This document shows, one piece after another, positions 44,498 through 52,485 of a stretch of 64,000 bases of DNA. The DNA is from Afipia sp. 64-13. GTDB taxonomy: Bacteria > Pseudomonadota > Alphaproteobacteria > Rhizobiales > Xanthobacteraceae. The stretch covers positions 298,370 to 362,369 of the forward strand of contig MKUJ01000003.1 in NCBI GenBank assembly GCA_001897755.1, given 5' to 3'. Below the pieces are notes generated by a model that saw only the letters and a list, made by a program, of their open reading frames with translations, ran no database searches and was not told the DNA's origin. Both the position numbers and the translations under genes were made by a program. Numbering within the stretch: position 1 is the stretch's first letter; every line of letters starts with the position of its first letter.

Positions 44498-46600
44498 TTA
44501 CGAAGCTTCGTCAATTTTAGTCGCAGTTTCAGCAATCAGGCGGAGTCTGGGCTGACGAAGAAGGATTTCCCGAACCTCGTCTCCGGAGAGCGGCCGCTCC
44601 ATCAATTGCTCGGCAAGGTATTCAACCGCCTCGTGCTGCGATCCGATGATCCGCCGCGCGACGTCGAGTTGTTTGGCGAGAATGGCCTCGACGCGCATCC
44701 GCAAATCACCGTTGGTCCGAAGGCTGGCCAGCAAGTCCGCATCACTACGCGACGACAGGTAGGTTAATCTCCCGCCAAGACCGACGCTGGCCTCCATGAG
44801 GACGGCCTTGATCGTCGCCAGATAGAGATCGGTCCCGGGACCACCCCCGGCGCCGTCGGAACGACACCCCAGAAAGATTTCTTCGGCGGCAATGCCTCCA
44901 AGGAGGACGGCAATGTCGGCCAGGTAGGTTTCGTGGGTGCAGTCGTAGGTCGTGATCGGCATTGCGCGGACACCGCCTGCGATGCTGGTTTTACCCCGCT
45001 CAATTTGGGTCGCGATGGCCGCAACCAGAACCATGTCGAAGCCGATTTCCGTGATAACGGCGGCATGGCCAGCCTCGTGGATGGCCGCCCGCCAGCGCGA
45101 GTCCTCGGGAATGTCGATCATTTCTGGAAGCGATGCCAAGACATCCTCAATGACCATCTCCCGGCGTTCCTGCCGGGCGCGTCGGCGGGCCTCGCGGGCA
45201 AGACGTTCCAGATCGGCGCCGCTGGTGCCGTTGGTCCGCTCGATGACCTCGGACACTCCGACATCGGCCAGTGCCCCGCGCAGATGCCATCGCAAGATGC
45301 CCTCACGGGCCGACGCATCCGGCAATGGAATCTCGATGGTGCGGTCGAGCCGTCCGGATCGGGTCAGCGCCTTGTCGAGGCGACCGGGGTGGTTGCAGGC
45401 ACCGATGACCACGACGCCTTCCCGAGACTCGGCGCCATCGATGCATTCCAGCAGCGCGGCGACGACCTCGGTCGAGTATTGAGCATAATCGCCATCGAAA
45501 CGTTCGCGATCACCGACCGCGTCGATTTCGTCCAGAAACAGGATACTCGGCGCTTTGCTTTTCGCTTCATCGAAGGCGGAGCGCATGGCTTTGAGCATGT
45601 CCCCGAGATGTCCTCGAGCTTGCCACCGCGCGATGCTGCCGAGGACCAACGGTACGCCGCAGGTCTTCGCCAAAGCCTTCGCGTAGGTGGTCTTGCCCGT
45701 TCCGGGAACGCCATGAAGCAGTACTCCGCGATCGACGTCGCTCCATGGCAACGTGCCATTGGCCCACGCTTTCAGGTCCACGGCCAGGTCCTGTCCCCAA
45801 CTGCCAGCTTCGCCAAGACCGTGCATGTCATCCAGCAACGGCACGGTGTCGTCGCCTCTGGATGTGTCGGATTTGGGTTGCGCGGCCTTCAGGCGTTCCA
45901 ACCGCTCCAGCACCTGACGAAGGGATCGTCCCCGACGAATGGCCGCACCGATCATCGAGGCCGGAGCCTGCATCAGCAAATCGAGCGATGCGGAATCCGG
46001 CACCTGGCCCAGCGTCAGGCGGCAAGATGCTTCGACATGACGTCGTGTCGGTCCTTCCATCGTGACGACGGCGTCGGCGGCGGCGATCAATGCGTCCGGC
46101 GTGGCGTCAATGCTGGAAACGATGATCAGCAAGCGCGACTTTCGAAGAACCGAAATTACGTCAGCTTCTCCGAGGATCGGTTGCGAACCCGGACGGCGCT
46201 TGCCCGCGAGGTTCAAAACTTCATAGGTGTTCCCGCGCGAGACCCGTTCCGCGGCATCACCGATGTCAGATGGCGCCATGCCGTCCGCAATGACGACCAC
46301 GACGATCGCAGGCAGGCCCAGACGCACATAAGGCTCATGGCGAAGCGCGCGTGCCAAACAGCAATGCGCGAGGAACTTCGTGGCGTTCGCCTTGAAGATT
46401 TTCAGCAGACTGGAACGGGCGTCCGGGGAATGGAAAGACAAACTTGGCATTGAAAATACCGATGCTTGGAAAGCGCACCGCAACGGGTGCAGACATCGGG
46501 CAGGACGACGGCGTGCGCAGCCGTAGAGCGTCAAAACGCTCTCAACACGGCTCGAATTGGCAATGGATGGTTGGAATATCTTCACCGCATGCTGAATCAT
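44498..46600 (-). CDS. Soluble FtsH-like protein: unknown ~270-aa N-terminal region + AAA+ ATPase + M41 zinc metalloprotease, no TM helices
   Basis: It has Walker A GVPGTGKT, Walker B ILFLDEID, the second region of homology ...TRSGRLDR and the HEXXH site AIHEAGHAAV. The maximal ORF starts at 46600, but that part overlaps a non-coding repeat. MPSLSF... at 46453 is the more likely start. Confidence 0.8.
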   Translation of the reverse strand: MIQHAVKIFQPSIANSSRVESVLTLYGCARRRPARCLHPLRCAFQASVFSMPSLSFHSPDARSSLLKIFKANATKFLAHCCLARALRHEPYVRLGLPAIVVVVIADGMAPSDIGDAAERVSRGNTYEVLNLAGKRRPGSQPILGEADVISVLRKSRLLIIVSSIDATPDALIAAADAVVTMEGPTRRHVEASCRLTLGQVPDSASLDLLMQAPASMIGAAIRRGRSLRQVLERLERLKAAQPKSDTSRGDDTVPLLDDMHGLGEAGSWGQDLAVDLKAWANGTLPWSDVDRGVLLHGVPGTGKTTYAKALAKTCGVPLVLGSIARWQARGHLGDMLKAMRSAFDEAKSKAPSILFLDEIDAVGDRERFDGDYAQYSTEVVAALLECIDGAESREGVVVIGACNHPGRLDKALTRSGRLDRTIEIPLPDASAREGILRWHLRGALADVGVSEVIERTNGTSGADLERLAREARRRARQERREMVIEDVLASLPEMIDIPEDSRWRAAIHEAGHAAVITEIGFDMVLVAAIATQIERGKTSIAGGVRAMPITTYDCTHETYLADIAVLLGGIAAEEIFLGCRSDGAGGGPGTDLYLATIKAVLMEASVGLGGRLTYLSSRSDADLLASLRTNGDLRMRVEAILAKQLDVARRIIGSQHEAVEYLAEQLMERPLSGDEVREILLRQPRLRLIAETATKIDEAS

Positions 46601-46666
46601 CCCGCCCGGATTAGGCGGTTCTTGGGGATCAGTGTATGCAGCGGTGGAATTTCATGGCGAGAACGT
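46547..46666 (+). repeat. Copy 1 of a ~120-nt dispersed direct repeat (upstream of the FtsH-like gene)
   Basis: By manual alignment it matches 50382-50505 at roughly three quarters of positions. There are long identical runs (cgaattggcaatg; gctgaatc.tccc.cccgg; tggggatcag; cggtggaatttcatgg.gagaacgt). Confidence 0.7.
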
Positions 46667-46769
46667 ATAGGGAACGATTGAGCGTCCGTCAATCCCTTCG
46701 TGTCTATCAGGAAGCAGACGCTCCTCCGATAAACTTCCCAGATGGTAAGGTATTCGTGCGTCATCGCGT

Positions 46770-48401
46770 CTACCAAGCGTAAGTACTGTTGGCACCTGAC
46801 GCGATTCCAGAGACACCGCTGGTCAGACCAACGACCTGAACAGGCGTTGATCTGTTCGTCGTCGTAGTGTCGCCGAGTTGGCCGCTGTTGTTGCTTCCCC
46901 AGCACTTCGCTCCACCGGAGACAATAGCGCAGGTATGGTTGTCGCCTGCTGCGATAGCGGTAACTCCACTGGTCAGCCCAGCAGAAACCGGAGATGTCGT
47001 CCACGTCACGGCCGTGTTGCCGAGTTGGCCGCTGTTGTTGCTTCCCCAGCACTTCGCTCCACCGGAGACAATAGCGCAGGTGTGATAGGTACCGGCGGTA
47101 ATTGAGGTGACACCGCTGGTTAGCCCGGAGACCTGAACCGGTGCTGTCCTATTCGTCGTGCTACCATCACCGAGTTGACCACCGCTGTTGCTTCCCCAGC
47201 ACTTCACGGCTCCGCCGGAGACGATGGCGCAGGTGTGGCTGTCGCCTGTCGCGATCTTGGTGACACCACTGGTTAGCCCAGAGACCTGGACCGGAGACGT
47301 CCTGTTCGTCGTGCTACCGTCCCCGAGTTGGCCGTTGCCATTGTATCCCCAACACTTCGCCCCACCGGAGACAATAGCGCAGGTGTGATAGGAACCTGCC
47401 GCGATCGAGGTAACTCCACTCAGCCCCTGCACTTTAACCGGAAGCAATTTATTTTCAGTGGTCCCAATGCCGAGTTGGCCGTAGCCGTTAAATCCCCAGC
47501 AATCGACGGTCCCGTCAATTGCAAGACCGCAGGCATGATAAATCCCTGCGGCAACCTGCTTGTAGGTCTTTCCGCCGAGAACAGGGGCAGATGTACTTCT
47601 GTCGATCTTGGTTCCATCGCCAAGTTGGCCGCTGCTGTTGTATCCCCACGCCATCACGTTCGAAGGCGGCAACGTGTTTTTCAGAGAAAACACGCCGCTT
47701 GTCGCTTCGGTTTCGTCGAAGTCATCCTTGACCTTGACGGTGAGGTTCTCGAGCGAACACACATCGGTCGGCGTTCCGGAGATCTTGCCGTCCGTTGCCG
47801 AGAACGACAGGCCCGGGCATTGCGTGCCGAAGTCCGTCATCGGTGCCGACGATTGCATCAGCGTATAAGTAGCCGTGTCGACAAGCCCCTTTAAAACGTA
47901 AGCTGGCTGCGCATCCAGCGCCGTGTTGACCGTTCCCTTGATCTCTCCGGCAGGACCGCCAGTGATCGCAAGGATGGGGTGAACCGTAACGGACGCAGAT
48001 CCGGCCGTCACCGTTTTGACCCCCTCGCTCGCCGTGGCGGTCACCTGAAAGGTGATCGGGTCTTCCACGGTTGGCGCGGTCGCGGTGACGCCGCCTTCGA
48101 CGGTCGCGAACCCGATAGATGGCTCTGCGGGCGTCTGCGTGAACGACCACGAGGGAGTTGTCAGCGTCGAATCCAGCGTTCCAGAGATCGTCGTTCCTGC
48201 ACGGTATTTGTCGGCCACGAAACCGAAGGATGCGGACGCCGGAGTCTCGGGCGATGTGTCTTCGCCGCCGTTGTCGGGATTCCCGGAAACATCCGAAACA
48301 GGGCTGCCCTTGCTGCGGAAATAATAGCTGTCAGCCAGGGCCGATGCCGACAGGGCGATGGAGAAAACGGCCGTCGCCAGCAAGATCGCCTTCGAGTTCA
48401 T
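46770..48401 (-). CDS. Secreted RCC1-repeat (beta-propeller) protein with N-terminal Ig-like/beta-rich region
   Basis: 543 aa with a signal peptide (MNSKAILLATAVFSIALSASALA). At least six or seven RCC1 blades carry the motif (C/A)WG.N..GQLG(D/N) and HTCAIVSGGAKCWG. Confidence 0.8.
   Translation of the reverse strand: MNSKAILLATAVFSIALSASALADSYYFRSKGSPVSDVSGNPDNGGEDTSPETPASASFGFVADKYRAGTTISGTLDSTLTTPSWSFTQTPAEPSIGFATVEGGVTATAPTVEDPITFQVTATASEGVKTVTAGSASVTVHPILAITGGPAGEIKGTVNTALDAQPAYVLKGLVDTATYTLMQSSAPMTDFGTQCPGLSFSATDGKISGTPTDVCSLENLTVKVKDDFDETEATSGVFSLKNTLPPSNVMAWGYNSSGQLGDGTKIDRSTSAPVLGGKTYKQVAAGIYHACGLAIDGTVDCWGFNGYGQLGIGTTENKLLPVKVQGLSGVTSIAAGSYHTCAIVSGGAKCWGYNGNGQLGDGSTTNRTSPVQVSGLTSGVTKIATGDSHTCAIVSGGAVKCWGSNSGGQLGDGSTTNRTAPVQVSGLTSGVTSITAGTYHTCAIVSGGAKCWGSNNSGQLGNTAVTWTTSPVSAGLTSGVTAIAAGDNHTCAIVSGGAKCWGSNNSGQLGDTTTTNRSTPVQVVGLTSGVSGIASGANSTYAW
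46872..47400. repeat. 147-bp (49-codon) tandem repeats encoding RCC1 blades, two units sharing a 63-nt identical stretch
   Basis: 46872-46934 is identical to 47019-47081. More diverged units follow at about 47166 and 47316. Confidence 0.75.
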
Positions 48402-48439
48402 ATGCGCACCCTTTTCCTATAAGGGTGCGACGATCGGGC

Positions 48440-48508
48440 CGCCGGCGCAACTTCGCCGGCGCAATCGTGCAACGCGGTTTCACCTCGGCAATGACGAGAT
48501 GAAACCGC
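48440..48508 (-). terminator. Two hairpins directly after the GmrSD-like stop codon (putative terminator)
   Basis: One stem is gcggtttca/tgaaaccgc (48474-48508) and the other is a GC stem cgccggcg/cgccggcg (48440-48461). Neither has a clear U-tract. Confidence 0.3.
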
Positions 48509-50277
48509 TATTTGGCCGCGACCAACATGGGTACTGAACCTCCAAGCAGATCCACCAGCTTCTTCCGGAGTCGATCTCGCCGAGCGGCATAGAAGGCTTC
48601 GAACCCCTCAAGATCAGCAGGCAGGTCGCCCAGTTCATGCTTGGTGCGATAATGGACCTGAGATGTTGCATCAGGCAAATGCGTCGATAGCCAAGCTGTC
48701 GGTAGCGCTGCCTTTTTCTCGTTGTTAATGGCACCTTCAAGCAATTGAAGGTTCGGCAACGTGTTTGCGTGCTGGGCCATGACTTCGGCCTCCGCAGCGC
48801 TGAATCCCTGCTTCTGTAGGCGCGCTGGAGTGAACCTTGAAATCGGGTAGACATGATCGACGTGAAACTGGTTACGGAGGTCAACAAACGGGAAAAGGAG
48901 AGACAGCAGCGGAAATGTTCTCTTGTCGCCGTACTCGAGATGCAAAAGATCTTCGATCTCGGCAGGTTCGAACGTCAGAGACTTGCCACGCTGGCTCATG
49001 GCTTGCCGCAACTGTTCGACAGGAAATGCTTCTCCCGGGGCCGCCTGCAATACCTCGCGAAGCGCCGTTAAGAGCGTATCGAGACCACTTCCCCAAATGC
49101 CAGAAGCCTTGACGATGGACTTGACCAACCAATCCTTGATCGCCTCGCGATCATTCGCGAATTGGCTGTGAGTCACGTAGTTGGCGGGCGCGTTGCGCTT
49201 GTAGAGATAATAAGCAATCGGCAATAGCGCGCTGTCCGCCTTCAAGGTCTGCCCGTTTAAACCGAAGCTGGAGGCGAGTTCGACGGTTCGGACCAGAGCC
49301 GACCGAATGGAAGGCCAGTTCGATTCCAAAGCCAGCATGTTGGCGGTTGTGAAATTCTCGACCTTGAATCCGACGGACGCAATATCAGCCAGCATGAGGC
49401 CAGCCTTCAAAACGAAATCCTGACTGAGTACGAACCCTGTTCCGATACGGTTCAGATCATCGACCAGCTTATGGATTTCGGCACGCGCATCGACATGCGT
49501 CCATTGTGCGACGGCGATACTCAGAAGCAGGTCCGAATAGGACAGGATCGTTCCACCCGAATTCAACCGAATGAAAATATTGAGTACTCGCTCGAGATCC
49601 TGTGCTTCTTCCTCATAGTAATTGATGAGGTTGTGGGAGTGTACCACGCGGTGAAGACGGTCGAGTATTGCGTAAGCTCCCTGCAGAGCGTCACCCTGAA
49701 GCCCTCGCTCCATCAGTGTCGCCAGCATCGCAGGACCATCTTTCATGCCAAGGATATTAGGCACCTTGAACCAGTGGGCTTTTTCGTCTCGCTCGACCTG
49801 TCCATCGTCCAAAAACTTGAAACGATACCTCACCCCGTCTTCGTCGGGCGTGGGCGAAGCCAGCAAATCCAGATGTAGCGTCCGGATGGGAAAAGCGTCG
49901 GGGTTCGTCCACCATTTATTTGGCTGCTTGATCGCCATCGCGCCTCTGAGACCGATGTTCAAGGCAGTCAGGCGCTGCTGCCCGTCCAAGACGGCAGTTA
50001 CGCTCTGGTGTTGAAGTATCCCGATTTCCGGACAGTGGGCGGCATCACGTTGATGGTAGTTCAGGACAAAATCATAGAATTTGAATTTTCCACCGGTCGG
50101 GGCCTCGACCTTCCAGAATAAGAAGGTCCCGAACGGATAGCCCTGCATAAGGCTGTCAAACAGTCGTTCGATCTGTTCTGGCTTCCAGACAAACTCCCGT
50201 TGAATCGCTGGGAGTACGTAGCTCTTTGTTTGTATACGCCCCAGCGCCTCGGCGATGGTGCCGCCCGGTTTATACAT
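48508..50277 (-). CDS. GmrSD-family type IV (modification-dependent) restriction-like enzyme: DUF262 (ParB-like NTPase) + DUF1524 (His-Me finger nuclease)
   Basis: 589 aa. The N-terminal motifs are LPAIQREFVW and DGQQRLTAL. The C-terminal motifs are HVDHVYPIS and ...NLQLLEGAINNEK. Confidence 0.8.
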   Translation of the reverse strand: MYKPGGTIAEALGRIQTKSYVLPAIQREFVWKPEQIERLFDSLMQGYPFGTFLFWKVEAPTGGKFKFYDFVLNYHQRDAAHCPEIGILQHQSVTAVLDGQQRLTALNIGLRGAMAIKQPNKWWTNPDAFPIRTLHLDLLASPTPDEDGVRYRFKFLDDGQVERDEKAHWFKVPNILGMKDGPAMLATLMERGLQGDALQGAYAILDRLHRVVHSHNLINYYEEEAQDLERVLNIFIRLNSGGTILSYSDLLLSIAVAQWTHVDARAEIHKLVDDLNRIGTGFVLSQDFVLKAGLMLADIASVGFKVENFTTANMLALESNWPSIRSALVRTVELASSFGLNGQTLKADSALLPIAYYLYKRNAPANYVTHSQFANDREAIKDWLVKSIVKASGIWGSGLDTLLTALREVLQAAPGEAFPVEQLRQAMSQRGKSLTFEPAEIEDLLHLEYGDKRTFPLLSLLFPFVDLRNQFHVDHVYPISRFTPARLQKQGFSAAEAEVMAQHANTLPNLQLLEGAINNEKKAALPTAWLSTHLPDATSQVHYRTKHELGDLPADLEGFEAFYAARRDRLRKKLVDLLGGSVPMLVAAK

Positions 50278-50381
50278 TGGCCCCCGCAGAATCTCTTTGA
50301 TGAAAGCTCTATTTTAACGCGTCGCGTTCCGCTGACCAGCCCGAAAAGATGGCTTCCTGCGGACGTCAACGCGCCCGCAAA

Positions 50382-50505
50382 ACGGTTCGAATTGGCAATG
50401 TGACGTCGTGGATACGTTTCTCCGCGCGCTGAATCGTCCCACCCGGCTTTGGGGAGGTCCCTGGGGATCAGGGTATGTATCGGTGGAATTTCATGGTGAG
50501 AACGT
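50382..50505 (+). repeat. Copy 2 of the ~120-nt dispersed direct repeat (upstream of the GmrSD-like gene, overlapping the annotated 5' end of the CoiA-like ORF)
   Basis: See copy 1. It has the same orientation and a similar distance (about 100-230 nt) from the start of the minus-strand gene to its left. Confidence 0.7.
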
Positions 50506-52468
50506 GAACATTCTCGCGCTTGTCACCCCTTTGTGTCGAAAGGGAATCGGACGATTCTCCAATGGAATCCAGAACAGCAGAGCGACCGTGACCCAGCACG
50601 TACCTCCCAGATACTCGTCCAAGGATGCCAATCTCGTCTACGGCGTCGATACCCTTGGCGTGATGCGACATATCTCCGAGGTCGAACGGGGAGACGCGTG
50701 TGGATGCACTTGTCCTGCCTGCAACGCGCCTCTGACCGCAAGAAAAGGCCAAGATAACGTCCATCACTTTGGACATCAGGCCTCCACTTCTTGTTCGAAC
50801 GCTCCGGAAACAGCGTTGCATAGGCTTGGAAAGGAGATCGTAGCGACGAAGTTGCTCCTCGTTCTTCCGGAGGTCAGAGCAGAATTCAATGGCGAGGCCG
50901 ACATCCTTCACAAGGCTGGGCCAGTCTCATTCGACAAAGCAATCCAAGAAGCGCGACATCTCCAGAACGTGGTGCCGGATCTTTATGTCGAACGTGACGG
51001 ACACCGCCTGCTTGTCGAGATTTACGTCACCCACGCGTGCGACGAATTGAAACGCGCGGAACTAAAGAATCGAGGCATTGCCACGGTCGAGATCGACTTG
51101 TCACGCCTTCCCAGGAATGCATCGCGCTCCGAGGTTGAAGAAGCCGTCTTCGAGAAAGCTAGGCGCTATTGGGTTTTCCACCCCAAGATTGATGCCGCAA
51201 TCACGGCAATGCACACGCGGCATCAATCCAAGCTGGACGCGCAACGCCTTAAATTCGAGAAGGAAGTTGCAGACTGTCTACGTCGGTACGATGTCGGCTT
51301 GAAGGAATTGGCAAACCGCAAGGTGGAGCCACCCGATGAGGATGGAGAATTCTTCCGCATTGGGTTGGGGACTCATATCGGATGCTCCGTAGGTGGCGCG
51401 GGCGGATTTCTTGTAACCGAGCGGGAATGGCAATTTGCGATCCTTCGGACCTTCCTGCCGGAAGACGCGCAACCCTTACCCTATCGGCTGAAGGCCTTTT
51501 TCGACTGGCTCAAGAAGCAGCAGTGGATTCGAGCGGGATTCCAATACATCCGTCCCGAACTCGAAGACGCCGTGCGTGGTCAGAATGACCAGTTCCGAAG
51601 TCCGTACCGTGCCGTCGAAGCCTATCTCGACCATCTTGTTGAGAGAGGAATTCTCCAGAAGCATCGATCGTATTCACTTTCCACCAATCTGCTCGATGAG
51701 CTTCTTGATCTCCGCGCCATCGATCAACGCAAGACGTCCCGCAGAAAAAGCCTATCTGAACGCATCGAAAAGATACTGGGATGTATTCCGGATCGTGAGC
51801 GTGGTGATCTGACCGCCAAATCGTGGATGACGTTGCCGCAGAATGGAGGAAAATCATTCGACGCCGTCATCGAAGACGACGATGAGGTTTTCGACGACAT
51901 GATCGTTCCCTTGCGAAAGATTGAGGCGATGATGTTCCGGAACGGCCCATCGGTCTTTCAGACACTTGGTTTGCCGATAGAGCATGAACAAGAACGCCAG
52001 ATGGAGGCACGAAGGCTGGAAGCCGAGGCCAAGGAACTGGAGAAGGCCGAAGCATTGAGGAAAGCCGCAGAGGAGCGCGGAAAAACTCTTGCATCCATCG
52101 CTTCAGAGCATGGTCCCGAATGGACATCTTTAATCGAAACGCCGCACCCGGCTTTCAATGGGAAGACGCCGCTGGCGACCGCGATTGAAGGAGTAGATGG
52201 CCTGAACCAAGCCCTGATATTCCTGCAAGGCGCACTCGATAAACGCGCTCGTGAACGGTCAGAAGCTGAAGAAGTACACCGATGGCTTATGGCGCTGGAG
52301 CATCAAGCGATCACAATATTGAGCGACATGGCACGACCATTCCTGAAGTCGCCTTATCCGTTGGGGCCGCTTGGAAAGAAATTCAGGCCTTGGGACTACT
52401 GCGTATCGGAAGCGACTTTCAAGGAATGCGTCGAACTTGCCAAGGGCTTGCTGAAGAAGCGGCGATAG
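50408..52468 (+). CDS. Large hypothetical protein with CoiA-like N-terminal module (zinc ribbon + HF.H + PD-(D/E)xK-like nuclease core) and ~450-aa helical C-terminal extension
   Basis: The N-terminal module reads GCTCPACNAPLTARKGQDNVHHFGHQ...C...ETALHRLGKE, then VVPDLYVERDGHRLLVEIYVTH, like the competence protein CoiA family. The first ~35 codons of the maximal ORF (GTG 50408) lie inside the dispersed repeat. The real start is probably downstream (TTG 50531 or GTG 50588). Confidence 0.6.
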   Translation: MDTFLRALNRPTRLWGGPWGSGYVSVEFHGENVNILALVTPLCRKGIGRFSNGIQNSRATVTQHVPPRYSSKDANLVYGVDTLGVMRHISEVERGDACGCTCPACNAPLTARKGQDNVHHFGHQASTSCSNAPETALHRLGKEIVATKLLLVLPEVRAEFNGEADILHKAGPVSFDKAIQEARHLQNVVPDLYVERDGHRLLVEIYVTHACDELKRAELKNRGIATVEIDLSRLPRNASRSEVEEAVFEKARRYWVFHPKIDAAITAMHTRHQSKLDAQRLKFEKEVADCLRRYDVGLKELANRKVEPPDEDGEFFRIGLGTHIGCSVGGAGGFLVTEREWQFAILRTFLPEDAQPLPYRLKAFFDWLKKQQWIRAGFQYIRPELEDAVRGQNDQFRSPYRAVEAYLDHLVERGILQKHRSYSLSTNLLDELLDLRAIDQRKTSRRKSLSERIEKILGCIPDRERGDLTAKSWMTLPQNGGKSFDAVIEDDDEVFDDMIVPLRKIEAMMFRNGPSVFQTLGLPIEHEQERQMEARRLEAEAKELEKAEALRKAAEERGKTLASIASEHGPEWTSLIETPHPAFNGKTPLATAIEGVDGLNQALIFLQGALDKRARERSEAEEVHRWLMALEHQAITILSDMARPFLKSPYPLGPLGKKFRPWDYCVSEATFKECVELAKGLLKKRR

Positions 52469-52485
52469 ATAATCAAAATTATCTA
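52466..52485. terminator. 8-bp perfect AT-rich hairpin (tagataat-caaa-attatcta) spanning both convergent stop codons
   Basis: Read directly. The TAG of the CoiA-like gene (52466-52468) and the TAG of the GIY-YIG/alpha-CTD gene (complement of 52483-52485) form the two ends of the stem. Confidence 0.35.

Noticed and set aside
46454-46600. The upstream 49 codons of the FtsH-like ORF (start MIQHAVKIF at 46600).
   Set aside because: This stretch lies inside the ~120-nt repeat. The second copy of that repeat has an ACG in place of the ATG and an indel that breaks the frame. The conservation is therefore at nucleotide level, and the internal Met at 46453 is preferred.
46860-47500. Regularly spaced near-identical repeats that might suggest a CRISPR array or a satellite.
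   Set aside because: The period is 147 bp and in frame. The repeats lie inside a long ORF and encode RCC1 propeller blades. There are no short spacer/repeat units.
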